Source: an uncultured Chloroflexia bacterium (GTDB lineage: Bacteria > Chloroflexota > Chloroflexia > Thermomicrobiales > UBA6265). From it: a stretch of DNA of 64,000 nucleotides. The stretch covers positions 32,001 through 96,000 of the forward strand of contig CAVRUC010000006.1 of NCBI GenBank assembly GCA_963724295.1, in the 5' to 3' direction. This document shows, piece by piece, positions 50,526 to 61,684 of this stretch. The notes beneath the pieces were generated by a model that ran no database searches, was not told where the DNA came from, and was given only the letters and a program-made list of their open reading frames with translations. Every line of letters starts with the position of its first letter. The stretch's first letter is position 1. The translations under genes were made by a program, and so were the position numbers.

Positions 50526-51827
50526 TTACGCCGAGGCGATGAATGCGCCTGCCGATGAGGTAGACCAGTTGACGCGCTCGGGTACGGAAGTCCAGGTCCG
50601 GGCGATCGCCGCAACGGCCTCGTCAATGTCCTCCACCTGGTGAAGGGCGGTGAGCACGAAGCGGATCGCACCTCCACCCGGTTCTTCCGGAGGCGCGAGT
50701 TGGAGCACGGGCCAGATGCCGTGACGCCGGAGTGTCGATGCCGCAATCGTTGCCATGGCGCCACTCGGCAAGCGGAGACTTTGGATTGGGAACAAAGAAG
50801 CGGGTTCCGGTTCCAGACCAACGCGACGGAGGCCGTTGCGGAAGCGGCGAACGAGAAAGACGAGGTGACGACGGAGATCATCGCCCTCTCGGTCGTGTAC
50901 CTGAAGGGCAGCCAGCGCGGCGGCGAGAATCGGGGTTGCCGGCGGGCTGCTGTGGACGAAGGTACCAGCGGTCAGGCGTAGGTGGTCGATGAAACGCTCC
51001 GGACCAGCGACGAAGGCGACCGGAACCCCGAGGGCTTTGGCGAGTCCTCCGACGTGGACAACGCTACCATTCCTTACCCCAAGGTGACGCGGAGTGCCAC
51101 CTCCTCCGTAGCCAAACGGCATCTTCGCGGTCGGCTCCTCACCCAGCACTCCGAACCCGTGGGCGTCGTCGACGTAGACGGCTGCTCCGTACCGCTCGGC
51201 AAGCGTCGCGAACGCGCGCAGCGCGGCCACCCGCCCGCCAAGCGGGTAGATCCCGTCACAAACGATGACGTTATCCTGCACGGTCATATGAGACCGGAGC
51301 AGCCGCTCCAGCGCGAAGGCGTCGTTGTGAGGAAATCGGACCAGACGCTCGGTGACGCGCGCGGCCACGAAGGCCCCGTCGAGGCTGATCGGATAGGCAC
51401 GCTCGTCGACGAACAGCATGCCGGTCTGACCAGCAAGCAATGGCAGAACGTCGAGCGCAATGTGGGTTGTCGAAGGAAAGACGAGGGCCCGCTCCTGGCC
51501 GACGAGCGCCGCTATTGCGGTCTCCACCCGCCCGGTCAACGCGGCGGCGGCGAGTGCGCGTGGCATCCCCAGCGAGATGCCGCCCGCCGCCGCTTGCGCC
51601 ATGGCGGTCTTAACTCGAGGGTCTTGCCCCAGCCCGAGGTAATGGCTCGTCGCAAAGTTGAGCACCCAGCGACCATCCACACGGGCGCGTGGACCATCGG
51701 ACTTCGTGATTGTCTGGAATACCAACCCGTCATCGCGAGCGAGGCGGTCGATCAGGCCGGGCATCGCCTGTCCACGCCGCTGCACCAGCTCGTCGAGAGT
51801 GGTCATCACTGGCTCTCGTTCCGTCAC
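50526..51827 (-). CDS. alpha-oxoamine synthase family PLP enzyme (BioF/SPT-like)
   Basis: 'NFATSHYLGL', 'FPHND', 'VDDAHG', 'GGLAKALG' (PLP Lys). Confidence 0.85.
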   Translation of the reverse strand: MTEREPVMTTLDELVQRRGQAMPGLIDRLARDDGLVFQTITKSDGPRARVDGRWVLNFATSHYLGLGQDPRVKTAMAQAAAGGISLGMPRALAAAALTGRVETAIAALVGQERALVFPSTTHIALDVLPLLAGQTGMLFVDERAYPISLDGAFVAARVTERLVRFPHNDAFALERLLRSHMTVQDNVIVCDGIYPLGGRVAALRAFATLAERYGAAVYVDDAHGFGVLGEEPTAKMPFGYGGGGTPRHLGVRNGSVVHVGGLAKALGVPVAFVAGPERFIDHLRLTAGTFVHSSPPATPILAAALAALQVHDREGDDLRRHLVFLVRRFRNGLRRVGLEPEPASLFPIQSLRLPSGAMATIAASTLRRHGIWPVLQLAPPEEPGGGAIRFVLTALHQVEDIDEAVAAIARTWTSVPERVNWSTSSAGAFIASA

Positions 51828-51830
51828 GCC

Positions 51831-52910
51831 CTACGTATTCGACAAAAAGGCGGCGGTCTCCATGTGCTGGCGCCAATGGGCGATCGGTACGCCGTTGTGC
51901 GAGCGCGCGGTCGAGGCCGCCACGGACACGTTCGGGAGGTTCTGAAGCTGAACCTGGCGACGGAGTGCCGTCGAAAGCGGCTTCGTGCTTCCGAGGTAGT
52001 GGATGAACAGCCGGGCATCCGGACGCGCGCGGGCCCATTTGATCCAGGCCACGTCGTCGCCGGTGTTGTAGAGGCAATCAAAGCCCCAGCACTCGCGGAT
52101 CGAGGCAGCGGAACGCTGCCCGGAGAGAGCCAGGCGGCGCATAGGGTAGCCGCCGCCGGAATGGCAGGCGAGGACCAGGCTTCCCAGGACCGGGGTCACA
52201 CTCGCGCCGCTATACGGGCCGTGGGCACGCAGGGCGGCAAGGACCTGATCTACATACCTGTCGAGGCCACCTGCTTCGGTCAACCATCCAGCCTGGGAGC
52301 GAGGACCGAGTGTCGGTGCGGCCAGAATGACGTTCTTGCGGCTCTCGTTGGTCGCCTCCCGCAGCGCAAAGTGCGGGAACCTGGTGCGGTTCCAGTAGCC
52401 ATCGATCGACACGTTCGGGAAACTGCCCTTATGCCCATGGAGGTACAGGACGAGGTCAACGCGCGGAACGGGGCGGTAGCCCGCTGGAATGAAGATTCCG
52501 GTCATGGGGCGGGCTGGCCGCTCGCCGCCGAGGGTAATGGCCGTGTAGAGCGTGGTCGACGGCGGGGAGGTCTCGCGCTGGATCAGTGCCGGCGGTCCGC
52601 CACTCGGCGCCGGGCCGGGCCGAGGGACGACGGGGGTGGAGGAGCCAGCACCCGGAGGGGGCGGTGCCCCCGCGGCGACCAGTGCCGCCTCTGTGCGCGG
52701 CCCCATCACGCCGTCGGCCGGGAGGCCACGCCCTCGCTGAAATGCCTGCACGGCGCCTCGAGTTCCAGGGCCGAATCGGCCATCGACCGTCAACCCGGCC
52801 CCGGCCGCGCGATTGAGCGCCCCCTGCACCCAACGCACATAGACCGGGCTGCGCCGGTCGGTCTCGTTCAGGACTCGATCAAAGGGCGACTGGCTCACCA
52901 CGAATGACAT
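51831..52910 (-). CDS. peptidoglycan-binding domain + alpha/beta-hydrolase-like domain protein
   Basis: 'WVQGALN...[17 protein letters not shown]...ADGVMGPRT'; 'LYLHGH', 'ACHSGGG', 'FDCLY'. Confidence 0.8.
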   Translation of the reverse strand: MSFVVSQSPFDRVLNETDRRSPVYVRWVQGALNRAAGAGLTVDGRFGPGTRGAVQAFQRGRGLPADGVMGPRTEAALVAAGAPPPPGAGSSTPVVPRPGPAPSGGPPALIQRETSPPSTTLYTAITLGGERPARPMTGIFIPAGYRPVPRVDLVLYLHGHKGSFPNVSIDGYWNRTRFPHFALREATNESRKNVILAAPTLGPRSQAGWLTEAGGLDRYVDQVLAALRAHGPYSGASVTPVLGSLVLACHSGGGYPMRRLALSGQRSAASIRECWGFDCLYNTGDDVAWIKWARARPDARLFIHYLGSTKPLSTALRRQVQLQNLPNVSVAASTARSHNGVPIAHWRQHMETAAFLSNT

Positions 52911-53747
52911 CAGGCACGCTCCTTCCACGAGAACTCACGAAGGCGGGTAAACGGACAGCGCTCCCCGGGAGTGACAGCTGCTGGCGCCGGGCGTCCGCGT
53001 GAACGCTCCATCCGGCCGGCATCCCGGATGAGCCGAAGCAGGTTGCCGCCCAGCACGAGCGCTTCGTCGGTCGCGGACAGCCCGAGAAGGCGGATCTTGT
53101 GGAGCTCCAGGCCGGGGTGCAGCCACGGGCCGTCTGACCCGAAGAGCACTTTGTGGGCGCCACCCCTGCGGACGGCTTGGGCCACATAGTCGAACCGCTT
53201 GACCCCTGACGTATCCGCATAGACGTTCGGCAGCCGGGCGATCTGATCGACGACCTGAACGTGGGCGCGCCAGTCATCGCTAAAGCTGCCGAGATGCGGG
53301 ACGATGAACGACACGTCCGGAAACTGCGTCAGCGAACATCTCGATGACTGCTGCCTGACCAATGACATCGACCAGGATCGGGAGGTGGAACGCCCGCGCC
53401 GCCTCACAGACCTCTCGCGTCGGCATCGCGTCGGAACCATGAACCTTGATGCCGCAGAAGCCCCATTGCCGCACCGCGTGCTCGACCATCGTGAAGATCC
53501 GCCCCGCGTCGCGGGACGAATGGACGAAGGCAAAGCCCATCAGCCGGCCGCCCGACGCGGCTACGATACCGCGCCACCTCGGCATTAGCCCGCGCGTAGT
53601 CGCTATGAAACGGGGCGAAGACCACCGTTCGGTCGATGCCGGCGCGCGGGCACGGCGGAGGTACGCTCGCAGCGGCGCCACCGTATTCCAGGGCGCCGTC
53701 ATCACGTCGCCTCTCCCGGCGTGGCAGTGGCAGTCGACAATCACCAT
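52910..53747 (-). CDS. amidohydrolase-family protein (several frameshifts)
   Basis: 'DCHCH', 'GIKVHG', 'IVPHLG', 'YADTSG', 'LFGSDGP', spread over three frames. Confidence 0.8.
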
Positions 53748-53758
53748 GCTTCTCCGCG

Positions 53759-54880
53759 TTAGCGGCCAGCAGCAACGCGTGTGTAAAGGTCGGTCAAAAC
53801 CTGATTCAGGACCCGGTCATCTCGAAACTCGGCTGCGGCACGGCCGGAGAACTGGCTAAGCCCGCGCACCGTTGCCGCATCCAACTTCCCGGTCTGCTTG
53901 ATCGGACTACCGAGCACGTGGCTCAGTGCCTCCTGGGTGAAGACGGTCGTGGTCGCCCCGCGGGGCCGCTTCCCCGTACCGTGGTTTTCGCAGTGAAAGT
54001 GGTCATGGTGAGCATCGTTGTAGTTATAGTCAAGGACCGTGTAAAAGTGGAGGCGCAGGCAGGCGTTGATCCGGCGCAACAGTGCGCGCTCCGCCGGGTC
54101 CTTGAAGTTCTCCACGATCGTTTCTGGCAGCCGGCTCGCAGGCCCGCCGACCGCCGAAAAGCGCACCCCAACAATGTCGACGGCGTCGCCGAACGAGTGG
54201 TTGCTCAGCGTGTTCGAGTTCTTACCATTCTTGTACATGCACCGACAGTTGATCGAGCCCGCGGTCAGGATCGCCTCGATCGGCATACCGAACCGGCGCA
54301 AGTCACGGACGACGTGGGTGAGGCTGGCACGCACCGAAGGAACGAATCTTTGCTCGCGCGGCCCCGGATAACGACTCGTGACGATACAGAGTCCGGTCTT
54401 GAGATCACGTTTAACCGCGGTCGGGTACTCGAAGGGCACGCCGTCGATAGCTCGCTGGCAGAGCAAATTTGGGATGGCAGGGCAGGATTGAGGCTGCAGG
54501 CAGCGCTTGACGGCCACGTTGGGAGGTTCGGGGCAGAGTTTAGCTCCGCTGACGGCAGGCGTCGGCGCCGGGCCAGGCCGAGGGACGACCGGGGTCGAGG
54601 AGCCAGCACCGGGAGGAGCCGGCGCCCCGGCGGCGACGAGTGCCGCCTCCGTGCGCTGTCCGACCACCCCATCGGCGGTGAGCCCACGGCCCCGCTGAAA
54701 CGCTTGCACGGCGCCTCGGGTGCGGGGACCGAATCGGCCATCGACCGTCAACCCGGCCCCGGCCACGCGATTGAGCGACTCCTGCACCCAGCGCACATAG
54801 ACTGGGCTGCGCCGGTCGGTCTCACCTAGCCAGGCAGTTCGCGTCGTCGCTCTAGCGGGACGCGCGCGCAGGGTTTCCAT
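53759..54880 (-). CDS. peptidoglycan-binding domain + extensin-like (Hedgehog/DD-peptidase fold) domain protein
   Basis: PG-binding module; 'NCRC...[11 protein letters not shown]...AHHDHFH'; ATG at 54880 after GGGAG. Confidence 0.8.
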   Translation of the reverse strand: METLRARPARATTRTAWLGETDRRSPVYVRWVQESLNRVAGAGLTVDGRFGPRTRGAVQAFQRGRGLTADGVVGQRTEAALVAAGAPAPPGAGSSTPVVPRPGPAPTPAVSGAKLCPEPPNVAVKRCLQPQSCPAIPNLLCQRAIDGVPFEYPTAVKRDLKTGLCIVTSRYPGPREQRFVPSVRASLTHVVRDLRRFGMPIEAILTAGSINCRCMYKNGKNSNTLSNHSFGDAVDIVGVRFSAVGGPASRLPETIVENFKDPAERALLRRINACLRLHFYTVLDYNYNDAHHDHFHCENHGTGKRPRGATTTVFTQEALSHVLGSPIKQTGKLDAATVRGLSQFSGRAAAEFRDDRVLNQVLTDLYTRVAAGR

Positions 54881-54884
54881 GCCA

Positions 54885-56680
54885 TTACTCCCATCGTTCG
54901 TCGAGCATCGGGAAGATTCGGTCCAGATCCCAGTCTTGTCTCCGATAACGCCCGGTGCCATTGGCGATCACGAGCCGCCGCGCACGACGCTCGTCTTGCC
55001 ATTTGGTAAGGCGGTCGGCGGCCTCGTTCGCGATCTCAACCAGCTTTTCCCGTTCGCTGAGGGAACGCCCCAGGGCGGCTTCCCGACCGCGATCCGGGCC
55101 ACAAATGCCCGTGCTTTGGTGTCACTCAGACCGTCGCCGACGTTGACGTCGAAGCACATCGTCAGACCACGGATCGACACCAGTCCCACTTGCCGCGCAA
55201 CGGCCCGTGCGCGAGCCATGCGGCTGTTCACGTCCCGCATCAACAGTGCACAAAAATCGGCGTCAGCGCAGAGGCGGAGAAGAGGGGTCCGCCAGCGGTC
55301 GGAGAGCCCCTCGGCACGCGCCTCTGCCACCGCCTGCCGGCGCTCCTCAGCGGTATGGCGCAGGGCAGCCAGTTGCCGCACCCGCTCGGTATCGGCGCCG
55401 AAGAACTCACGCAGGCGCTGCGTCTGGCGCTCAAAACTGTCGAGCATGGTCTGGAGCGTGCCGGCAAGCAGATTCCACTGAAGCATGCCCATTGAAATGC
55501 CGTCGGTGCCCGAGACGGCACAGCCAAACGCCACACCGGTCTCGAAGTGGCTCGTGACGGCGACCGCGGTGCGTTGGGGAGCCGGCAGATCAGGTGGGCT
55601 GCAGAGCACCGCCGGGGTGGTCCCACCCGATAATGCTCCTGGAGGGCGCGGCGCTCCCGCGGCGACGAGTGCCGCCTCTGTGCGTTGTCCGACCACCCCG
55701 TCGGCCGCTAACCCTTGCCGCGCCTGAAACGTTTGGACGGCTCCTCGGGTGAGGGGGCCGAATCGCCCGTCAACCGTCAGCCCTGCCCCGGCTACCCGGT
55801 TGAGCGACTCCTGCACCCAGCGCACATAGGCCGGACTGCGCCGGTCGATTTTGCCCTGCGCTTCCTCGTTGTCAGTCTCGCGACCGCTGACCTTCCCAGG
55901 CGGGAAGAAGCGGACGTGCAAATGGTTGTCGTGGCCCGCCTGCTTCTGTACGCCCGCGATTGATCGGATCACGTCCGGATCATTGAAATAGATGACTTTG
56001 ACGCGAAGCACGCCGTTGGCCTGGATACCTCGAATCAGCTCCTGGGTCAGCTCGCGTGAATAGGTGGCGTCCTGGTACCTGACGCCTGCCTCGCGCCCGT
56101 CATTGCGCATCAGCCGAATGTCGATGTCGACGCCGAGTCGATGGGACTTATGCGGTGGCAACGGCCCACCGCCGTAGCGGCTGATGTCCCCAAGACCGAT
56201 CCGGGGGCCGGACGGGTGAGCCCGAAACCACGCCGCACCGATCGCCTGAAGAGCGCGAATGGTCTCCGCCAGACCGAACTGATTCTTGGGCGGCTTGTGG
56301 TACGAGTAGTAGCCAGGACCGGGGGTTGGCAGGGGCACAACGACATCGGCGTAGAGCGGGACGCCAGGGATCACAGGGCCTGGAGCAGGACCGTTGGTTG
56401 CGGCAGTGCCCGGGGGTCGTGGGGCACCGGCGGCGACCAGCGCCGCCTCCGTGCGCTGTCCGACCACCCCGTCAGCCGGCAGTCCGCGTCCCCGCTGAAA
56501 CGCTTTCACCGCTCCTCGGGTGAGGGGGCCGAATCGGCCGTCGACCGTCAGTCCCGCCCTGGCCACGCGGTTGAGCGCCTCCTGCACCCAGCGCACATAA
56601 GCCGGACTGCGGCGGTCAGTTTCGCCTAGCCGCACGCTCCCTGCGACCGCATGGTTGCTGATCCGTTGCGCGACCACCAT
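54885..56680 (-). CDS. PG-binding + MepA-like murein endopeptidase + PG-binding + lysozyme-like domain protein (frameshift near 55090)
   Basis: 'GDIS..GGG...[13 protein letters not shown]...HDNHLHVR'; 'SHFETG...[11 protein letters not shown]'; the shifted tail '[10 protein letters not shown]...[10 protein letters not shown]...ERWE*' ends at 54885. Confidence 0.8.
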
Positions 56681-56772
56681 GGTGGGCCTTCCTTGTTGCC
56701 GGCGTCAGGCATGTGCTTCGAACACGGATCGGCACTCCCGGTGCTCACCATACCGACAATGGCGGAGGTGGA

Positions 56773-57969
56773 TCACTCCCAGGCGTCGTTGCGCCAACCG
56801 TTGCCCGACGGGATGCGCCTGCCGCCGGCGAGAGCCGGCTGGCGCCGTGTCATTGGCAGCTGGCTGCGGCCCGTCCGAGCGCGGGGCCGCGGCGAGGCGG
56901 CCGACTCTCCCTGCTCGCCGCGGCGCGCGATGCCGAGGGCCTCGGCGCTGGTGACCCACTCCTCGGCACGGTCGCCGATCTCCAGCAAGAACGCCTCGAA
57001 CTCGGCACGCGTCGTATTGAGGATGTAGGGCTGGGCCAGCCACTCGAGAATGTCACGTCCGGCTTCGGCCATCCGGTTCCGCTGCGAGGCGGTAATCTGC
57101 GGCTGACCAAAGTAGCGGCGCATCACCTCTTCCATGACGTCCCAGGCGTTGTCGGCTCCGAAGAGGTTCTTGATGTCTTCAGTGCCCATGATCCGGAACG
57201 CCTCGTCGAGGAGCTGAAGAACCTCGATGCGCAGGATGTTGACGTGCCCATAGGAGGCGTTCTTCAAGTTATTGCGGAGGTCAAGTCCCGAGCGGCGGAC
57301 GACGGCGATACTGCCAAAGCTCGGATCGTCTGCGCGCGGCCGGATGACCTCGGAGACACGCTTGTCACGGAAGAATTCGGCCACGCCGTTGACGAACTGG
57401 ACAAAGAGACCGTGGAAACTCTCGTTCGAATGGGCGCCTGGCGCCGGCGGCGTATCCGTGTAGCCGAAGACGCGGCGGTACGCCTGCATCCGATCGGTAT
57501 GCGTGTAGCGCAGCACGCGGCGTCGATCATAGCGGTAAAGGCCGTAGGCCCCGGGACCGGTCGAGAGGCGGATGGCGCCGGCGTTGAAGAGCTCTTGTAG
57601 CTTGAGTACGGCCCGAAAGACGCCGATCCGCTCGTGTTGGTAGATGTAGTAGAGATCGCCGACGGCGAGGATTCGCTCGGCCGTAACAGTGTCGTCGTAG
57701 GTCTCGATTCCGGTCGGCTGCTCGACCTTGCCCGGCGTTGCAGCGGCATCGGGTCCGAGGCCGATAAGCTGGGCAAGACCACCGTCGGGTGGTGGCTTGG
57801 CGCCGGCCGCGGGCGCCTCGGCCCGCTCCTCCATCTGCTCGAACCGGCGCATGAACTCGTCGGCGAGCTCGGGCCGCTCGATGAGCTCGGGCGCGAGGAC
57901 ATCGACCATTTCCTCGCGGAACTTCGCGAAGGTCTTTGCTCGTCGTTGGATCTCTTCGTTCGTGGCCAT
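56773..57969 (-). CDS. hypothetical helical protein of the 50.5-62.8 kb operon
   Basis: RBS AGGAG; intact 398-aa ORF with coding-like codon usage. Confidence 0.8.
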   Translation of the reverse strand: MATNEEIQRRAKTFAKFREEMVDVLAPELIERPELADEFMRRFEQMEERAEAPAAGAKPPPDGGLAQLIGLGPDAAATPGKVEQPTGIETYDDTVTAERILAVGDLYYIYQHERIGVFRAVLKLQELFNAGAIRLSTGPGAYGLYRYDRRRVLRYTHTDRMQAYRRVFGYTDTPPAPGAHSNESFHGLFVQFVNGVAEFFRDKRVSEVIRPRADDPSFGSIAVVRRSGLDLRNNLKNASYGHVNILRIEVLQLLDEAFRIMGTEDIKNLFGADNAWDVMEEVMRRYFGQPQITASQRNRMAEAGRDILEWLAQPYILNTTRAEFEAFLLEIGDRAEEWVTSAEALGIARRGEQGESAASPRPRARTGRSQLPMTRRQPALAGGRRIPSGNGWRNDAWE

Positions 57970-58079
57970 CGCTCGCTCCTAGTTAACGACGTGGCCACCC
58001 GCGGCGTCCCACGCCTTGTTCGCCGCGCTGTGGCTGCCGCCCGGCTATCGACTGCTGCCCTGCCGGCACCTACTTGACT

Positions 58080-59681
58080 CCAGCCGTTTGCCCGTGCCGC
58101 GCCGCCGGTCACCCACGATAGCCGGGACATTCGATTTTGAGGAGGGTTTCCGCAGAGATCGGCGAGTGCACGCTTGACCCGCCGGTAGCGTAGCGGCCCG
58201 AGGCGCCCTCTGGCTCATCACCCAACGCTGAGCGCGCTAGTCGACGAGACCGCGAATCTCGGCCGCGGTCCGCTGCACGGCATCGATGCCCGGCCCGCTG
58301 TCGTACGACTTGCTGTTGGTGGCGAATTCCCTCAGCCAGTCCATCAGCTCGGCGAGTGACGTCGGCGGGTCGACCGTCGATCTCCAAGAACTCTCGCTCG
58401 GCCAGATCGACCGAGGCCGCGGTGAGGGCTGCGTCCAGATCGTCTGTCGCCTCGGCCACCCGGTCGAGGCGCATCCCGAGAACTTCGAGTCTGGTCCCCA
58501 ACGGGGCCGAGAGCATCGGGCTGCTGGAACTGGGCCCTTGATCGTCTGCCAGTTGGCGTACAACCCGGAGACGTAGAGCTCGACCTCGAGGAAGCGCGTC
58601 GAGGCGCGATCCTCGTCCCGAGTGATATCGGTCTCGTCAATCAGGTCATCGCCGCCGCGGAAGCCGACCAGCTCACCAAGTCGCTTGAGAGAGGATCCCT
58701 TGCCATCCTCCCGCGGCTCCTATGAGAAGTGCGAAAGCCGCGTCAACGCGCGCAATCGCTGGCCGCACCTCCTGGCCCAGTGCCCCGACCAGACTCGACG
58801 AGCTTGCGATCGACGACGTCCCGTACCGCTTCAAACATGTCCTGGTCGTCGTCGTCGTCGGCTTCGAGCTCGGCCAGTGCCTGCCGCACCACCTCCAACT
58901 CAGCCCGGGCGCGCGGTAGATGACCGCCTGCGGCCCGGACGTCACGGTTCCCGACTCGATCGGCAACGTGGCCGTGCCTGAGGTCCCCCGGTATTCGACC
59001 TCGCTCCGGCCGTCGATCTCCTTCTCAACAAAGACGCGGTCGAAGGCGGTGCGCAGGTCACGAGGTTGATCCGGTCGTACCCTGGCGCCAAGCACCCGGA
59101 ACATTGCGTCGTCAAACAACCGGTCGAGGTCGGTCCCGGCGCCGGTGGGCCTGCTGCCGGTCACACTCGGACGGCCGCCCCCCAATGCCGGAGAGAGCAT
59201 CGATGACCTCGCCGAAGAGCTCGTCTTGAGCGGCGCCGTTGCGCGGTCACGACGTCCGGGTGCCTCGCGACGGCCTCGGTTATCGTTGACTCCGGCTGGA
59301 ATATGGCCCCTGGGGGTCGGCTCCTCGGGGATGCTGGCACCGGTCAGAGGAATCTTGACTTCGACCTTGCGCTTGTTCTGCGTAACTTCGGCTGGATCGC
59401 CATGCCGGACCAAATCGTCGTCGGCGTAGGCTTGAAAAAGGATGCGTGCCTGGCCGTCAGTTCCGAGAAGCTGCCGGTAGAGCTCGCCGGTTCGATTGAG
59501 ATCGAGAAGGCGGCCCTTATTCGTCGGTGGTGGTCGCCCCGAGAAGCTCGGCGAATGGGATCATCTTTTCGTAGTCGACCCCGATAGCAGTGACGAAGGA
59601 CCCGGCTTTGGGCTCATCGCTAGGCACGGTCACGACCTGCCCGCTCATCACGAATGGAACCTCGCTGTTCGAATCTGTCAT
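58080..59681 (-). pseudogene. hypothetical protein disrupted by multiple frameshifts (3' end uncertain)
   Basis: RBS GGAAGGAGG plus ATG at 59681; protein-like segments alternate frames ('VLGARVRPDQPRDL..FDRVF', 'ARVDAAFALLIG', 'LGTRLEVLGMRLDRVAE', 'LAELMDWLREFA'). Confidence 0.6.
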
Positions 59682-59709
59682 ACCTGCCTCCTTCCAGACG
59701 TCGGAGACG

Positions 59710-60318
59710 TCAGGCGCCATCGTCGGTAGCCGTGTCGGGACCATGTGCCGCTGCGGCACTTCGCTTCTTACGAGACGTCCCTTTGCGGGAGACGCGGATA
59801 TCCTGCCCCGTGGCCGTCGCCTGGACCGAAACGGAAATCAGGCTCTGGCGATCGACCAACTCCTCCCAGCAGCGTCTGAGCGTCAGGCTCTGGTCGTAGA
59901 GCGCCTGGGGGCACTGATCGAGTGCGTCGACGACACCTTCCGCCCATCGCCCCCAGTTCCCCGTTTGCCGCAGCACGTCGGCGAGCGCCTGGCGCCGTTC
60001 GAATGCCACGAGGTCGACGCAGTAGCGCAGCCAGAGTGCATCGAACTGATCCTGGCACCTGACGAGCGCCCGCCGCGCCAGCACGGGATCGAATCGCCCG
60101 TTCGCGGCGAGTCGGCCTTCGCGGGCGGCCTCGCACGACTCGTGAGCGAGGCCGGCGGTATCCTGGGCGACGGCCTCCCAGTGGTCGACCACGGCCGATC
60201 CGCGCCCCGACGCCGGTTGCGCCTGGACGACTGCCCAGACAAGGTTGCCGAACACCTGATCCAGGCGCGATGCCGCCTGCTCGAGGTTTGCGAATGATGC
60301 TCCCAGCGTCACAGCCAT
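59710..60318 (-). CDS. hypothetical helical protein
   Basis: intact ORF, RBS GTGAGG; 'ARRALVRCQ...WGRWAEGV...CWEELVDR'. Confidence 0.75.
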   Translation of the reverse strand: MAVTLGASFANLEQAASRLDQVFGNLVWAVVQAQPASGRGSAVVDHWEAVAQDTAGLAHESCEAAREGRLAANGRFDPVLARRALVRCQDQFDALWLRYCVDLVAFERRQALADVLRQTGNWGRWAEGVVDALDQCPQALYDQSLTLRRCWEELVDRQSLISVSVQATATGQDIRVSRKGTSRKKRSAAAAHGPDTATDDGA

Positions 60319-60361
60319 CCTCACTCGTTGCCCGGTGCGACCGGGTGCGCTCGTGACCTGG

Positions 60362-61684
60362 CTACCGGCGCAAGAGAGCGCGGTAGAAGTTGACCGCGAT
60401 GCGGCCCGAGGGCGCGAGACTGGTATCGATCGCCGTGCGAGCCGCCCCGACCAGGAAGCGCGCCGGCACGATGCCCGGATCGACCGCCTGGGCCAGGCGC
60501 TCCGCCGCTTCTCTGGTCATGGCATCGTGCGTTCGGTTGAACGAGGTTACTGCCGCCAGGCTCTTTCCACCCAGCTGCGGGAAGGGTTGGTAGCAGATCG
60601 TGTCGACGACGAGCGCGCTGGCCCGAGGAAACGTATCGAGCATCTCCCGCGGGATCGAGCCCAGCTGCGCCGACGGATAGATTCGATTCCAGAGTTGGTC
60701 GAACGCCGCCGACTCGTCGGCGAACCCCATCCGTCGCAAGAGTTCCAGGTTGATCAGTACCCGGAGGTAGGGCGTTGGGTGAACGCCTTCCGGGTTGTAG
60801 CTCTGTGCGCTCTGGGGGGCCATCGCCACCACGTCGATCAACGAGGAGACAAGCGCTGGCCCACCGAGGAGGAGGGCGCAGAGGTCCGCCCAAATCTCTT
60901 TGTTCCACCGCGCCCAGGTCTGTGCCAGCTCGGCCCTCAGACCCTCCTCGCGTAGCCGGCGCTCGATCCGGCGCGGGACCTCCTCCCAGAGTCCGAGATC
61001 GCTCTGGATGTTGTGCGATACCTCGTGGTGGACGGCCCCAAGCGTCCACGGATTCACCAAACGATGGTAGGGAAGCTGAATGACTGGAAACGGGTTGCCA
61101 CGCTTGCCAAGTCGGGTCAGCGGCACCCCTCGCCGGTAGGTGGCCGGCGTAAACCCCGTTGCCATGAACGAGAGAGGTGGCGGCGCCGGGACCGACCGCG
61201 GTACGGCCAGACCCGTGTAGACGGCCTGATAACAATCGAGGGCGATCCGGTCCGCGGCGAGCAGCCACTCGCCGTATCGCGACTGTCGCTGACCAAAGAG
61301 CTCGAAGTAGAAGTCCCAGGTCCGCTCGACGTGTTTGACCAATTGCCCGGCACGATCCTTCTTGTGCAGCAACGCCTGGAGTGCTTCCGTGTCCGGCTGC
61401 TTCGCGGCGTCGGTGGCCGTTAGCCGGACCTGATCCGCGAGTGCCATCAACGGCCGCCGCAGTCCATCGAGCAGCCGGTTGGCGGCGCGGATGTGAGCGT
61501 CGGAGGGGCTGGCGGCACTGGTGCCGAACTCGCCGTGGTGAAAGGGCCGCAACGAGGCGGCGTGGCGTGCCGCGTTCAGGGACTGCGCCCGCAGGAACAC
61601 CTCGGCGACCGGCGCGGGCGCAGGCATGCGCCCGGCACGCCCGCGTCCGGTTGGGCTGACTTGGGGGGAGATCGCGGTCACCAT
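60362..61684 (-). CDS. HExxH (gluzincin-like) putative metalloprotease
   Basis: 'AVHHEVSHNIQSDL' with downstream 'WNKEIWADL' as candidate third ligand; RBS GAGGA. Confidence 0.7.
   Translation of the reverse strand: MVTAISPQVSPTGRGRAGRMPAPAPVAEVFLRAQSLNAARHAASLRPFHHGEFGTSAASPSDAHIRAANRLLDGLRRPLMALADQVRLTATDAAKQPDTEALQALLHKKDRAGQLVKHVERTWDFYFELFGQRQSRYGEWLLAADRIALDCYQAVYTGLAVPRSVPAPPPLSFMATGFTPATYRRGVPLTRLGKRGNPFPVIQLPYHRLVNPWTLGAVHHEVSHNIQSDLGLWEEVPRRIERRLREEGLRAELAQTWARWNKEIWADLCALLLGGPALVSSLIDVVAMAPQSAQSYNPEGVHPTPYLRVLINLELLRRMGFADESAAFDQLWNRIYPSAQLGSIPREMLDTFPRASALVVDTICYQPFPQLGGKSLAAVTSFNRTHDAMTREAAERLAQAVDPGIVPARFLVGAARTAIDTSLAPSGRIAVNFYRALLRR

Noticed and set aside
50526..51827. Assigning the gene symbol bioF
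   Set aside because: No other biotin genes, divergent motifs and an unrelated operon context; only the family-level call is supported
51831..56680. Prophage lysis cassette or eCIS/T6SS locus
   Set aside because: No recognisable holin, integrase, capsid, tail, sheath, baseplate or VgrG genes in the window
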